Shown piece by piece: positions 18,141 to 27,341 of a stretch of DNA of 48,457 nucleotides. Location: positions 1 through 48,457 of the forward strand of contig CAVPLM010000026.1 in assembly GCA_963706025.1 (NCBI GenBank). The letters run 5' to 3'. Both the position numbers and the translations under genes were made by a program. The notes beneath the pieces are model-generated. The model was given only the letters and a program-made list of their open reading frames with translations, was not told where the DNA came from and made no database searches. This DNA comes from an uncultured Actinomycetes bacterium (GTDB lineage Bacteria > Actinomycetota > Thermoleophilia > RBG-16-64-13). Within the stretch, counting starts at the first letter, position 1. The number at the start of each line of letters is the position of its first letter.

Positions 18141-19912
18141 GCACCGCTGAGTTCAAATTCCAGTCGCATCCTGCTGACTTCGAGATTCTATATGCTGCTG
18201 TCAAGAACTTTACGCTCGAGATGGGCATCACCATGGAGAGGACGTCAAGGGCTCCTATCTACTTTGCCGCCCATGATTTCTCTACGGCCATCTTCGATAG
18301 AGACGGCTACCTGGTAACTCTGAGTGAGTACATTCCGATTCACATCTGTGCCGCATCGTTCGCGGTCAAGGCTGCCCTGAAGACCTTCGGAGATGACCTT
18401 CATCCCGGAGACATCATTCTGACGAATGACCCCTACACTCTGGACGCCGGCAATCACCTGGCAGACTGGTCGATCCTCGTCCCCGTGTTCTTCGAGGACA
18501 AGCTTTGGTTCTGGTCGGTCAACCGCGCGCACCAAATGGATACCGGTGGAGGTCAGACCGGTGCCTACAACCCCAACGCCCAAGACATCTTTGCCGAGGG
18601 AGTGCGGATACCACCCTTGAAGATATTCGAGGGAGGCAAGGTGAGGCAGGACGTCTTCGACTACGTGCTTGCCAACGTGCGTTTTCCTGAGTCCCAGCGG
18701 GGTGATCTCTGGTCGATGATTGGTTCGGCAAAGGTTGGCGAGAGACGTCTAGTTGGCCTGATGGACATGTGGAACGCTGAGACCATCGAGAAGTTTCTGA
18801 CCGATCTGTATGCCTACACAGAATTCCTGATGCGGGAGGAGATCAAGAAGGTGCCTGATGGCACCTACTACGGCGAGACATACAGCGATGGTAAGCCCGG
18901 TGTAGGCCCGCCGGTCGCTCTGCGCTGCAAGACCACAGTCAGACATGACAGCATAACCATCGATCTCAGCGACACGGATCCCATAATCGACTATTACATC
19001 AACAGTACAGTTGCAAACACTTATAGCAGCGTATTTGTTGCCCTTATGACCTCTATTGGGAGGACCATTCAGTACCGCTCTGAAGGAGTTATGAAAGCTG
19101 TTGAGATCATTACCAAACCGGGTACCCTGGCCCATGCAACGTATCCTGCTCCTGTCGGTCTCTGCACCCTGTACGTTGCAAAACAGCTGATAGAAGTCGT
19201 CTGGGACTCACTGTCCAATGTTACTCCTGAGAAGATCCCGGCTGGATGGGCGGGCTTCGCGGGGTTCACCATCAGCGGCGTCGATCCCAGGCGGAACGAG
19301 GGCTATGCCACCCCCGATTTCTTGGCCAACACGGGTGGCGCCGGAGCCATTTGGGGAACGGACGGATGGCATGCTGGATCGAGCCCTATCTCTGCCGGCG
19401 GCCTCACCTTTCCAGAGATCGAGATCTGTGAGTCGATCTATCCCGCCCTGTGGACGAAATGGGAGCTTACGCCCGATTCGGCGGGACCTGGGAGATGGCG
19501 GGGGGGATGCGGCATGGAGAGTACCTTTGTGCTGGAAGCGGATGCGATGTACCTGTGTCACCAAGGGGAGCATTTCACTACGCTTCCGTCCCCCGCTGTC
19601 GCGGGTGGCTACCCTCCTCCTGACTTCAGTAAGCAGGTTTTCTACCGTCAGAATGGCACTGTCGAAGAAGGTGGAGGGCAGTACTACGTTTTGAACCGAG
19701 GCGAAGAACTTCAGTGTTTGTGCCAGGGTGGATGTGGTGTTGGTGATCCTCTGGAGAGAGATGTTCTCAGCGTGTGTGAGGACGTGCGTAACGAATTCGT
19801 ATCCGTGGACAGGGCAGCAGGAGACTATGGCGTCGTTCTTGATCCCACTACTTTGGAGGTGGACAATGAATCGACGCTGAAGCTCAGAGAGAGGGGGGGG
19901 ATGTCGACCTGA
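18137..19912 (+). CDS. hyuB: Hydantoinase/oxoprolinase B subunit
   Basis: ATGA overlap with A. HDFSTAIFD, PGDIILTNDPY, NHLAD, AHQMDTGG, IFAEGVRIPPLKI, DSAGPGRWRGGCG, GGCGVGDPLERD. Confidence 0.92.
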   Translation: MSTAEFKFQSHPADFEILYAAVKNFTLEMGITMERTSRAPIYFAAHDFSTAIFDRDGYLVTLSEYIPIHICAASFAVKAALKTFGDDLHPGDIILTNDPYTLDAGNHLADWSILVPVFFEDKLWFWSVNRAHQMDTGGGQTGAYNPNAQDIFAEGVRIPPLKIFEGGKVRQDVFDYVLANVRFPESQRGDLWSMIGSAKVGERRLVGLMDMWNAETIEKFLTDLYAYTEFLMREEIKKVPDGTYYGETYSDGKPGVGPPVALRCKTTVRHDSITIDLSDTDPIIDYYINSTVANTYSSVFVALMTSIGRTIQYRSEGVMKAVEIITKPGTLAHATYPAPVGLCTLYVAKQLIEVVWDSLSNVTPEKIPAGWAGFAGFTISGVDPRRNEGYATPDFLANTGGAGAIWGTDGWHAGSSPISAGGLTFPEIEICESIYPALWTKWELTPDSAGPGRWRGGCGMESTFVLEADAMYLCHQGEHFTTLPSPAVAGGYPPPDFSKQVFYRQNGTVEEGGGQYYVLNRGEELQCLCQGGCGVGDPLERDVLSVCEDVRNEFVSVDRAAGDYGVVLDPTTLEVDNESTLKLRERGGMST

Positions 19913-20050
19913 TGGGGTGGGGTGCAAGGGTCCCAATCGATGTAAGAGCTGCCAACTCGGGGAGGTTTGTTTTACGGGCATCGTTGTGGGATGAGCAGTG
20001 CGTCCGGGCTGTCCACGGGGAAGCCACCTTATATAAGAATGGGGAAGGAC

Positions 20051-21526
20051 ATGTCGACTGAAGAGAATCGCCCTACCGAAAACTCGAGTTCATTGAGGAG
20101 CCGGACCGTTAGCCGCCGAGAGTTCCTGAAGGTCGCCGGCATCGCCGGGGCCGCGCTGGGGGCAGGCGCCGGCCTAGGCGGCCTACTGACCGCGTGCGGC
20201 GAGGAAGAAACCACCACCACGACGGCGGGAGCGAGTACCACGACGACGGCGGGAGCGAGTACCACGACGACGGCGGGAGCGAGTACCACGACGGTCAGTA
20301 CCGCCGCTGAAGTGGGCCGGGAGATCAAGATCGGCTTCGTCGAGCCGGTGACCGGGCCGTTGGCGCCGTTTGGCGTACCCAGCGCGTACTGTAGGGACCG
20401 CTTCGAGGAGGCCGTCGCGGACGGGTTGGTCTGTGGTGACGGCAAGAACCACCCGATCAAAGTCATCAGTGTAGACACTCAGTCCGACACGAACCGGGCC
20501 TCCCAGGTGACGGCAGACCTGATTCTGAACGACAAGGTCGACATCGTCACCGCTGCCTCGACGTCAGATGTGGTCGAACCGTCGGCCGATCAGTGCGAGG
20601 CCCTGGGGATGCCCTTCATATCGACGGACGACCCATGGGAGCTTTTCGTCTTCAACCGCGGAGGCGACCCGGTCGCGGGGTTCAAGTGGACGTACCATGT
20701 CTTCTGGGGCATCGAGGATCAGCCCCCGAGCTTCATGGACATGTGGACTCACATCGAGACGAACAAGGTCGTGGGAGGGCTGTGGTCCAACAGCGCCACA
20801 GGCAACGGGATCAGGCCGATATGGACGGAAATACTGGCCGAGAATGGGTACACACTAGTCGACGGGGGGGCCTTTCCCGAGAATATGGAGGACTTCAGCT
20901 CCATCATCTCCATGTTCAAAGAAGGTGGGGTAGAGATCATCGAGGGTGGTATTACCAATATTCCGGACTGGACCAATTTCTGGAAGCAGGCCGTTCAGCA
21001 GGGACTCAGGGACCAACTGAAGATCGCGACTATCGGTGGAGCCCTCCTCTTCCCAGACACGGTTGAATCACTCGGGGAAATCGCCTACGGACTGAGCTCT
21101 GAGAATTGGTGGACACCGCGGAATCCGTACAAGCTGTCCCTCACCGGCGAAACCTGTCAAGAGTTCGCCGACGAGTTCGAAAGACGCAACAATCGTCAGT
21201 GGTCTCCTCCTCTGTTGCACATTATCGTGCTGGAGATCGCGGCCGACGTGTTCAAGAGGACCGCAGACCTCGATGATAAAGAGGCTGTCCTTGCGTCGCT
21301 CAAGACCACCAAACTTGAGGATAGCATTGTCGGCCCGGTCGACTTCACTGCCCCGGTGCAGATGGGCACTCTGCACCCGACACCCAACGTGGTCAAGTCG
21401 CAGCAGGCGGGTATCCAGTGGGTCAAAGGTGAGAAGTGGCCCTTCGACATGCGCATTTGCAGCAATGTGCGCGCTCCCCTAGTTCCGGTGGAGAGTAAAC
21501 TGCTGCCGCTGCAAGAGTTCTATTGA
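20051..21526 (+). CDS. Tat-exported lipoprotein, Leu/Ile/Val-type (class 6) ABC solute-binding protein
   Basis: SRREFLK twin-arginine motif, LTAC lipobox, Thr-rich linker, then IKIGFVEPVTGPLAPFG, DTQSDTNRA and PWE...FKWTYHVFWG. AAGGAC RBS before ATG 20051. Confidence 0.88.
   Translation: MSTEENRPTENSSSLRSRTVSRREFLKVAGIAGAALGAGAGLGGLLTACGEEETTTTTAGASTTTTAGASTTTTAGASTTTVSTAAEVGREIKIGFVEPVTGPLAPFGVPSAYCRDRFEEAVADGLVCGDGKNHPIKVISVDTQSDTNRASQVTADLILNDKVDIVTAASTSDVVEPSADQCEALGMPFISTDDPWELFVFNRGGDPVAGFKWTYHVFWGIEDQPPSFMDMWTHIETNKVVGGLWSNSATGNGIRPIWTEILAENGYTLVDGGAFPENMEDFSSIISMFKEGGVEIIEGGITNIPDWTNFWKQAVQQGLRDQLKIATIGGALLFPDTVESLGEIAYGLSSENWWTPRNPYKLSLTGETCQEFADEFERRNNRQWSPPLLHIIVLEIAADVFKRTADLDDKEAVLASLKTTKLEDSIVGPVDFTAPVQMGTLHPTPNVVKSQQAGIQWVKGEKWPFDMRICSNVRAPLVPVESKLLPLQEFY
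20219..20293 (+). repeat. 24-bp tandem repeat x3 encoding a TTAGASTT linker
   Basis: ACGACGGCGGGAGCGAGTACCACG occurs three times in exact copies. Confidence 0.9.
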
Positions 21527-21566
21527 TGCGAAAGCTGTGCGGGCGGGCAGCGACCCGTTCGCCGAG

Positions 21567-21637
21567 GACGAAGGGCTTCCAGACATCTCTCTCGAGATAG
21601 GAGCTCGGGATAGCGCTTGATCTGGAAGTCCTTCGTC
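21567..21637 (+). terminator. Long hairpin after the SBP gene
   Basis: GACGAAGGGCTTCCAGA (21567-21583) / TCTGGAAGTCCTTCGTC (21621-21637): 16/17 complementary, the remaining pair being G-U. Confidence 0.6.
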
Positions 21638-21810
21638 GCTCTAACTCGTGGGCGGCATCCGGCGGGGCCGGCGCTCGCCGCGGCTGGCTATCCCGGCCCT
21701 CTGCGGCGAAGTCACTTCGCCCGCCTGGCTCGTTGCGGATACGCTAGATCGCGCCGGAATCCAAGAGCAAGCGCCAAAACATAGTTCACACAAAGAGCGG
21801 AGGCACTCCA

Positions 21811-22665
21811 ATGAAGTTATACGTTCTCGACTGCGGCCAGATCTGGGTGGAGAAAGGGTTTCTCTGGCACTTCGGCGACCAGACCCTTACCGGCAAGGAA
21901 TACGAGGCGGGGCCCTTCGGCATCCGCAACTGCCAGTACTTCATCGACCACCCCAAGGCCAAGATCGTCTTCGACCTGGGCTTCACCAAGGAGGACTGGC
22001 GCGGGTTCGTCGGCTTCCCCCACCGCAAAGGTCCGGAGGGCGTCCACTTCGCACAGGCCCCCGACCAGAACCCCATCGCTCAATTGGCCAAGATCGGGGT
22101 GAAGCCCGAGGACGTCGACTACGTGGTCATCTCCCACCTTATGAGCGAGCACGCCGGCTACCTGCCCGCCTTCGCCGGCACCAAGGCCAAGATAGTCGTG
22201 CAAGAGCAGGAGAGGGACTACGCCGACCGCATCGGAGTGCCGCCCCGGCTGGGAGATGAGCCGGCTGTGGAGCAGTTCCACTCTTGGATGTACATGCGTA
22301 AGCTCTACGAAGTGCCCGGCCTCGACTTCATGTACATCAACGGTGACTACCAACTGGTGGGCAAAGACGTAGAGATCCTGTCCCTGCCTGGGCACACTCC
22401 CGGGTTCCAGAACGTCATGGTCCGTCTTCCCAAGACCGGTCCCGTCTTCCTCTCCGCGTGTGAGACCCGAGGCATGTACTATGACATCCCCGTCAACGGA
22501 TACGCCCCCGGCATTCCCCATGCCTTCACCTGGTCGGCGGCCGGGGAGCTGCACAGCTTCAAGCGAGTGCTGAAGCTGGTGGAGCAGGAAGAGGGCCAGA
22601 TCTTCTTCGGCCACGACCTGGAGCAGTTCCTCAGTCTGAAGGCGGCACCGGAGTTCTACGACTGA
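21811..22665 (+). CDS. AHL-lactonase-like metallo-beta-lactamase-fold protein with altered metal ligands
   Basis: KLYVLDCG, YFIDHPKAKIVFDLG, QLAKIGVKPEDVDYVVISHLMSEHAG, PGHTPG, IFFGHD. Confidence 0.82.
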   Translation: MKLYVLDCGQIWVEKGFLWHFGDQTLTGKEYEAGPFGIRNCQYFIDHPKAKIVFDLGFTKEDWRGFVGFPHRKGPEGVHFAQAPDQNPIAQLAKIGVKPEDVDYVVISHLMSEHAGYLPAFAGTKAKIVVQEQERDYADRIGVPPRLGDEPAVEQFHSWMYMRKLYEVPGLDFMYINGDYQLVGKDVEILSLPGHTPGFQNVMVRLPKTGPVFLSACETRGMYYDIPVNGYAPGIPHAFTWSAAGELHSFKRVLKLVEQEEGQIFFGHDLEQFLSLKAAPEFYD

Positions 22666-22837
22666 GCCGCATGATTGAGCTTGAGTTCTTGGTCTACATA
22701 CTTGCGAATATGGCGGTCACAATGTCTCGCAGGCCAAGCGCCTGAAAGACGCCCGGCTTCTCCCCGTCGGCTGGGCGCAATACGGGAGCGAGGAGCAAGC
22801 GCGGACGAGCGCGGACCGAGGAATCTGATGGCCGAAT

Positions 22838-23806
22838 ATGGTTGACGAGCTCTGGCCGAGCATCTTTCGAATGGAGGTTCCCCTTCCCGGAAATCCCCTG
22901 AAGGCTGTGAACTCCTACCTCGTTCGCGGCACCGATCGCTCGCTGCTGATTGACACCGGCATGCATTGCCGTGAGTGCCTTGCGGCCATAGAGACGGGGC
23001 TGAGCGGACTCGGGATTCCGATAGAGCGTGTCGATTTCTTTCTCACCCACTTCCATCCAGATCATATCGGACTCGTGCCGGAGTTGGCGCAGGATGGCGC
23101 CCGGGTTTATATCAGCCGTCCGGATGCCGCAATCATTCAGGAGCCAGAGAAGTGGAAGAGCCTGGCTGGCGAAGCGCTTCTCAACGGCCTTCCCAAGAAG
23201 GATGTGCGGGCGGTCATGGCGGAATTCCCCGCTCGCAGCCGCCTTGGTGTGCCGACTTTGGGATTCACCCTGTTGGGGGACGGCGAGCGGCTCTCCTGCG
23301 GACCGTACGTCTTCACGTGCATTGGGACCCCGGGACACACACGGGGTCACCTTTGTCTCTACGAGGCTCGGGCGAGGATTCTATTCTCAGGAGATCACGT
23401 GCTGGGCGGCATTACACCCAACATTTCCGGATGGTCGTATGAGGGTGACGCCTTGCGCGACTACCTGGACAGCCTCGACAAAGTGGACCAGTATGAGACC
23501 GACTGGGTGTTTCCCGGACACCGGGCGCTTTTTCGGGACCTGGGGCGGCGGATCTACCAGATAAAGAGACATCACGAGGCGCGCTTGGATGAGGTCCTCT
23601 CGGTCCTTGCCAATGGGCGCCAGACAGCTCTTGAAGTGGCTTCACGGATGACTTGGGGAATCCGTTCGTCGAGCTGGGATGCCGTTCCCTCTCTACAGAA
23701 ATGGTTCGCGGGGGGGGAGGCGCTGGCCCATCTCGAGTATCTGCGCGGTCAGGGGCGAGCTAACAGAGAAGTGCGCGAAGATAAGGCTTTGTTCGGCCTG
23801 ACGTGA
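22838..23806 (+). CDS. Metallo-beta-lactamase-fold hydrolase (LACTB2-like, C-terminal wHTH)
   Basis: VPLPGNPLKAVNSYLV, LIDTG, THFHPDHIG, TPGHTRGH, SGDHVL, FPGH, EALAHLEYL. Confidence 0.88.
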   Translation: MVDELWPSIFRMEVPLPGNPLKAVNSYLVRGTDRSLLIDTGMHCRECLAAIETGLSGLGIPIERVDFFLTHFHPDHIGLVPELAQDGARVYISRPDAAIIQEPEKWKSLAGEALLNGLPKKDVRAVMAEFPARSRLGVPTLGFTLLGDGERLSCGPYVFTCIGTPGHTRGHLCLYEARARILFSGDHVLGGITPNISGWSYEGDALRDYLDSLDKVDQYETDWVFPGHRALFRDLGRRIYQIKRHHEARLDEVLSVLANGRQTALEVASRMTWGIRSSSWDAVPSLQKWFAGGEALAHLEYLRGQGRANREVREDKALFGLT

Positions 23807-23933
23807 ATCGTGGCAATCGGCGCGGAGAACCTTCCACCGTGGTTGGTCTCTGAGCCGACTTCGAACCCTGTGCGCGATCGGTGCAGATCGTAGAGTGCTG
23901 ACGCTGCAAGTCGCGCGGGAGGGAGTGTGAAGA

Positions 23934-25139
23934 GTGAGAGTCCTCGTTCTGAACTGCGGCAGCTCATCGATCAAGTACCAACTTCACGATGCCGCCACTC
24001 ACGGCACGCTGGCGCGAGGCCTGGTCAGCCGCATCGGGGAGGAAGGTTCGCGGATCGACGCCCAGACGGGAGACCTGAAGCAGAGCCGGGAGATGGCCAT
24101 CCCCGGCCACGGGCGGGGACTCGAGTTGATCCTGGAGTCTCTCCTCGATCCGCAAGCGAAAGTACTGAAGGACGTGTCCGAGATCTCGGCGGTCGGCCAT
24201 CGCGTGGTGCACGGGGGGAGTTTCTTTAGCGCCCCTGCTCTCCTGACCTCGGAGGTGATTGCAAAGATCGAAGAGTGCGCTCCTCTGGCGCCCCTGCACA
24301 ACCCGCCGATCCTGCTAGGCATAGGCGAGTCGCTTCGCATTCTCCCGGACACTCCCCAAGTCGCCGTTTTCGACACGGCATTCCATACCACCATCCCAGC
24401 AGAGGCGCATGTGTATGCATTGCCGTACGAGTACTACGGCGCCTATGGAGTGCGGCGCTACGGCTTTCACGGCATATCCTTTCAGTCGGTCAGTCAGAGA
24501 ACGAGCGCCTTGCTCGGCGGCAGGCTGTCCGAACTCAGGGTCGTGATCGCTCACCTGGGAAACGGGGCGAGCATCACGGCCGTCAATGGCGGCAGATCCG
24601 TCGACACCAGCATGGGAATGACACCGCTCGAGGGCTTGGTGATGGGCACCAGGCCAGGAGACCTCGATTCTGGGGTCATCCTGTTCATGATGCGGCAATT
24701 GGGGCTTTCGGCTGGCGATGTTGATCGCGTCCTCAACAAGGAAAGTGGCCTGTTGGGCGTATCGGGCATCGGCAACGACATGCGCGACGTGCTCGCACAG
24801 GCGGCGACGGGCGACAAGCGCTGTCAGCTGGCGCTTGCCCTGTATTCGTATCGGGTCAAGAAATACATCGGCGCGTATGCGGCCGCGATGGGCGGTCTCG
24901 ACGCGGTGGTGTTCACCGCCGGGGTGGGCGAGAATAGCCCGGAGATCCGGGCGGCGGTGTGCGAGGGCCTATCCTTCCTTGGCATCGAACTGGACGCCGA
25001 CACCAATGTCGGTGTGCGGGGGGTGGAGTGCGACATCAGCGCCGCGGGTTCGAGAGTACGCGTTCTGGTTGTGCCCACAGATGAGGAACGCTTGATCGCT
25101 GAAGAGACTGTTGCCGCGTTATGCCGATGCCCCTCATAA
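23934..25139 (+). CDS. ackA: Acetate kinase
   Basis: VLVLNCGSSSIKYQL, GHRVVHGG, LAPLHNP, VFDTAFH, RRYGFHG, HLGNGAS, DTSMGMTPLEGLVMGTR, FTAGVGEN, PTDEE. Confidence 0.96.
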   Translation: MRVLVLNCGSSSIKYQLHDAATHGTLARGLVSRIGEEGSRIDAQTGDLKQSREMAIPGHGRGLELILESLLDPQAKVLKDVSEISAVGHRVVHGGSFFSAPALLTSEVIAKIEECAPLAPLHNPPILLGIGESLRILPDTPQVAVFDTAFHTTIPAEAHVYALPYEYYGAYGVRRYGFHGISFQSVSQRTSALLGGRLSELRVVIAHLGNGASITAVNGGRSVDTSMGMTPLEGLVMGTRPGDLDSGVILFMMRQLGLSAGDVDRVLNKESGLLGVSGIGNDMRDVLAQAATGDKRCQLALALYSYRVKKYIGAYAAAMGGLDAVVFTAGVGENSPEIRAAVCEGLSFLGIELDADTNVGVRGVECDISAAGSRVRVLVVPTDEERLIAEETVAALCRCPS

Positions 25140-25477
25140 GAGCGACTCGGACGATTCTGGCCTTCAACTGCGGCAGGTCTTCCTTGGGCTCCAAGGGCTA
25201 AGAGGTTGGCGAACGGCTGCACCCGCAAACGATCTTCTCGGCCAAAGTACATCGAGTGGGCGTCACGAGCAGCGATCCATCATTTCTGCAATGCGAGACT
25301 GGGGAAACCACCGAGAAGACGGCGCTCCCGCTTCCGGACCGTCGTACCGCTGTGCGCCGCGTCCGGGAATACCTGCAGACGAACGGCCTGACGCTCGATT
25401 GGATCGGGCATCGCTTCGTGCATGTCTCTTCCCAGGCCATGTCTGGGTTTGTGCCGGGCGACGGTCCGTCCGGTCAT

Positions 25478-26269
25478 CTAGGGCAGGACCCGCTCCAGAA
25501 ACCCCGAGATGAGTTCCCCCACCTCTTGAGCGTACGGGCCCTCCAGCAGCTCGGTCCCGTGCTCGTCGCCAGGGAACAGCTCGAGTTCGGCCTCGCTACC
25601 GGCCAACTCCTTCAGCTGTCGCGCGCCGTCCGCGCCCGCGTCATCCTCGGCCGCGATGAACAATAGGGGGACGGTGAGCTTCGGGACCGCCTTCTCCGCC
25701 GACAGGCCTTTGAACTCCACCGGAGCTGACAGCGTGGCCACCCCGGCTATCGGGGCGGGAGCCGGGGTCTGCGACGCGGCGATCAGGCTGGCCGTGCCGC
25801 CCATGGACGCTCCGATCAGGCCGACGCTGGTTGCTCCGGCTCGGGCCAGCTCCACGATCGCCGCCGCCACGTCCTTGTCGACGAGGTCTATCTGCTTGGT
25901 CCCCTCGGAATCCCCGTAGCCGCGGAAGTCGAACGTTAGGACCAGGTAGCCTTCCCGGGCCAGTCGCTCGGCCGTCGGGTACCAGCTCGTCTGATCGGCC
26001 GGATACATATGAGCCAGGACCACTCCCGAGGTTCCCGAGCCGAACAGTTGCCCGCTCAGGGTGACGCCATCCTCGGTGGTAAAACTGACGGTTTCGGGTG
26101 CGCCTACGTCAGAGGCGGTCGAGGTCGAGCTGGTCTGGGCAGCGCTCGCCGTAGTGGATGTGGAGCCGTCACTGCCGCAGGCGACGACAGGGCCTGCGCA
26201 GGCGACGGCGAGAGCGCAGGCAAGAATGACGAGAAGCTGGAAGAGACGTTCTTTCATCGCGTGCTGCAT
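25478..26269 (-). CDS. Secreted/lipoprotein alpha/beta hydrolase
   Basis: Hydrophobic N-terminus with VAC lipobox and Ser/Thr linker; FDFRGYGDS, GASMGG nucleophile motif, AEDD, EHGT. Confidence 0.82.
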   Translation of the reverse strand: MQHAMKERLFQLLVILACALAVACAGPVVACGSDGSTSTTASAAQTSSTSTASDVGAPETVSFTTEDGVTLSGQLFGSGTSGVVLAHMYPADQTSWYPTAERLAREGYLVLTFDFRGYGDSEGTKQIDLVDKDVAAAIVELARAGATSVGLIGASMGGTASLIAASQTPAPAPIAGVATLSAPVEFKGLSAEKAVPKLTVPLLFIAAEDDAGADGARQLKELAGSEAELELFPGDEHGTELLEGPYAQEVGELISGFLERVLP

Positions 26270-26469
26270 GAGGACCCTCCGCGTCTTGTTGAATGGTAGC
26301 GCGAAAACCGTACCGGGCAAGTGGCGCCGGTCGCGCCATCCGACAACCGGCCTTCCTGTCGGGGCGCCGCCCGGCATGATGCTCTCCCTTGAAGGGCATT
26401 CCCTTGGCTGATAGGGTTCGCTGCGAGGCACAGCATGCCCGGTGGGCGGATCGACGAAAAGGGGGACAG

Positions 26470-27246
26470 GTGGCCAGGTTACCGGGCAAGGTCGCGGTGA
26501 TCACCGGAGCCGCTTCGGGAATCGGTCTGGCGGCCACGAAGCTCTTTGCCCGAGAAGGGGCGAGCGTGCTCGCCATCGACTTGGAGGCCGATGCCCTCCA
26601 GAAAGCGGTTGCGGACCTGGGTCCCAGCGTCTGGCCCTTCGTCGCCGACGTCACCGACGAGAGCCGGATGAGCCAGGCCATGGCAGAGGCCGTGGCGGCT
26701 TTCGGCGGCATCGACATCGCTGTGGCCAACGCCGGCATCTTCGGCGCGCAGGCCCCGATCGAGGACTATCCGATCGACAACTTCGAGCGGGTCATGCACG
26801 TGAACGTCACCGGCGTGCTCGTCACCATCAAGTACGCCGCTCCCCATATCGCGAAACGCGGCAGCGGAAGCATCGTCATCACCTCTTCGGTGGGGGCGAT
26901 CATCGGGAACGAAGGCGCTTCTGCCTACACGGCCAGCAAGCACGCTTTGACCGGGATCATGAAGGTGGCTGCCCGAGAGCTGGCCCCGAAGAACATCCGG
27001 GTGAACACCGTGAATCCCGGTCTGGTCGACACTCCCATGATGAGGGTCGTCGAAGCCAGCGTATGCCCCGAAGACCCGCTGCGCGGCCGGGCCATTCTGC
27101 AGTCGGCCACCTACCTCAGACGCTTCGTGCAGCCTGAAGAAGTCGCAGAGCTCATGCTCTTCTTGGCGTCCGATGCCGCCATCAACTGCACCGGTGGTAT
27201 CTACATGATCGACGGGGGCATGCAATACGGGGGAGGCCACGAGTAA
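26470..27246 (+). CDS. Short-chain dehydrogenase/reductase
   Basis: GTG start; TGAASGIG, ANAG, TSS, YTASK, NPGLVDTPM, DGG. Confidence 0.92.
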   Translation: MARLPGKVAVITGAASGIGLAATKLFAREGASVLAIDLEADALQKAVADLGPSVWPFVADVTDESRMSQAMAEAVAAFGGIDIAVANAGIFGAQAPIEDYPIDNFERVMHVNVTGVLVTIKYAAPHIAKRGSGSIVITSSVGAIIGNEGASAYTASKHALTGIMKVAARELAPKNIRVNTVNPGLVDTPMMRVVEASVCPEDPLRGRAILQSATYLRRFVQPEEVAELMLFLASDAAINCTGGIYMIDGGMQYGGGHE

Positions 27247-27341
27247 GTGCGACCTGTCGAACGTTGAGGGGCTGAGCCCCGGCGGTATATCAAGGTGAGC
27301 TGGAGCCTTATACTGGAGGTCTCGGACAGGAGACCCTTGGC

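Noticed and set aside
16074-19912. Acetone/acetophenone carboxylase
   Set aside because: Same superfamily, but no gamma or additional subunit genes are present.
20219-20293. CRISPR-like repeat array
   Set aside because: Contiguous in-frame repeats without spacers inside a CDS, and no cas genes.
25140-25477. Short ORFs between ackA and the hydrolase
   Set aside because: No recognisable motif, RBS or coding pattern.
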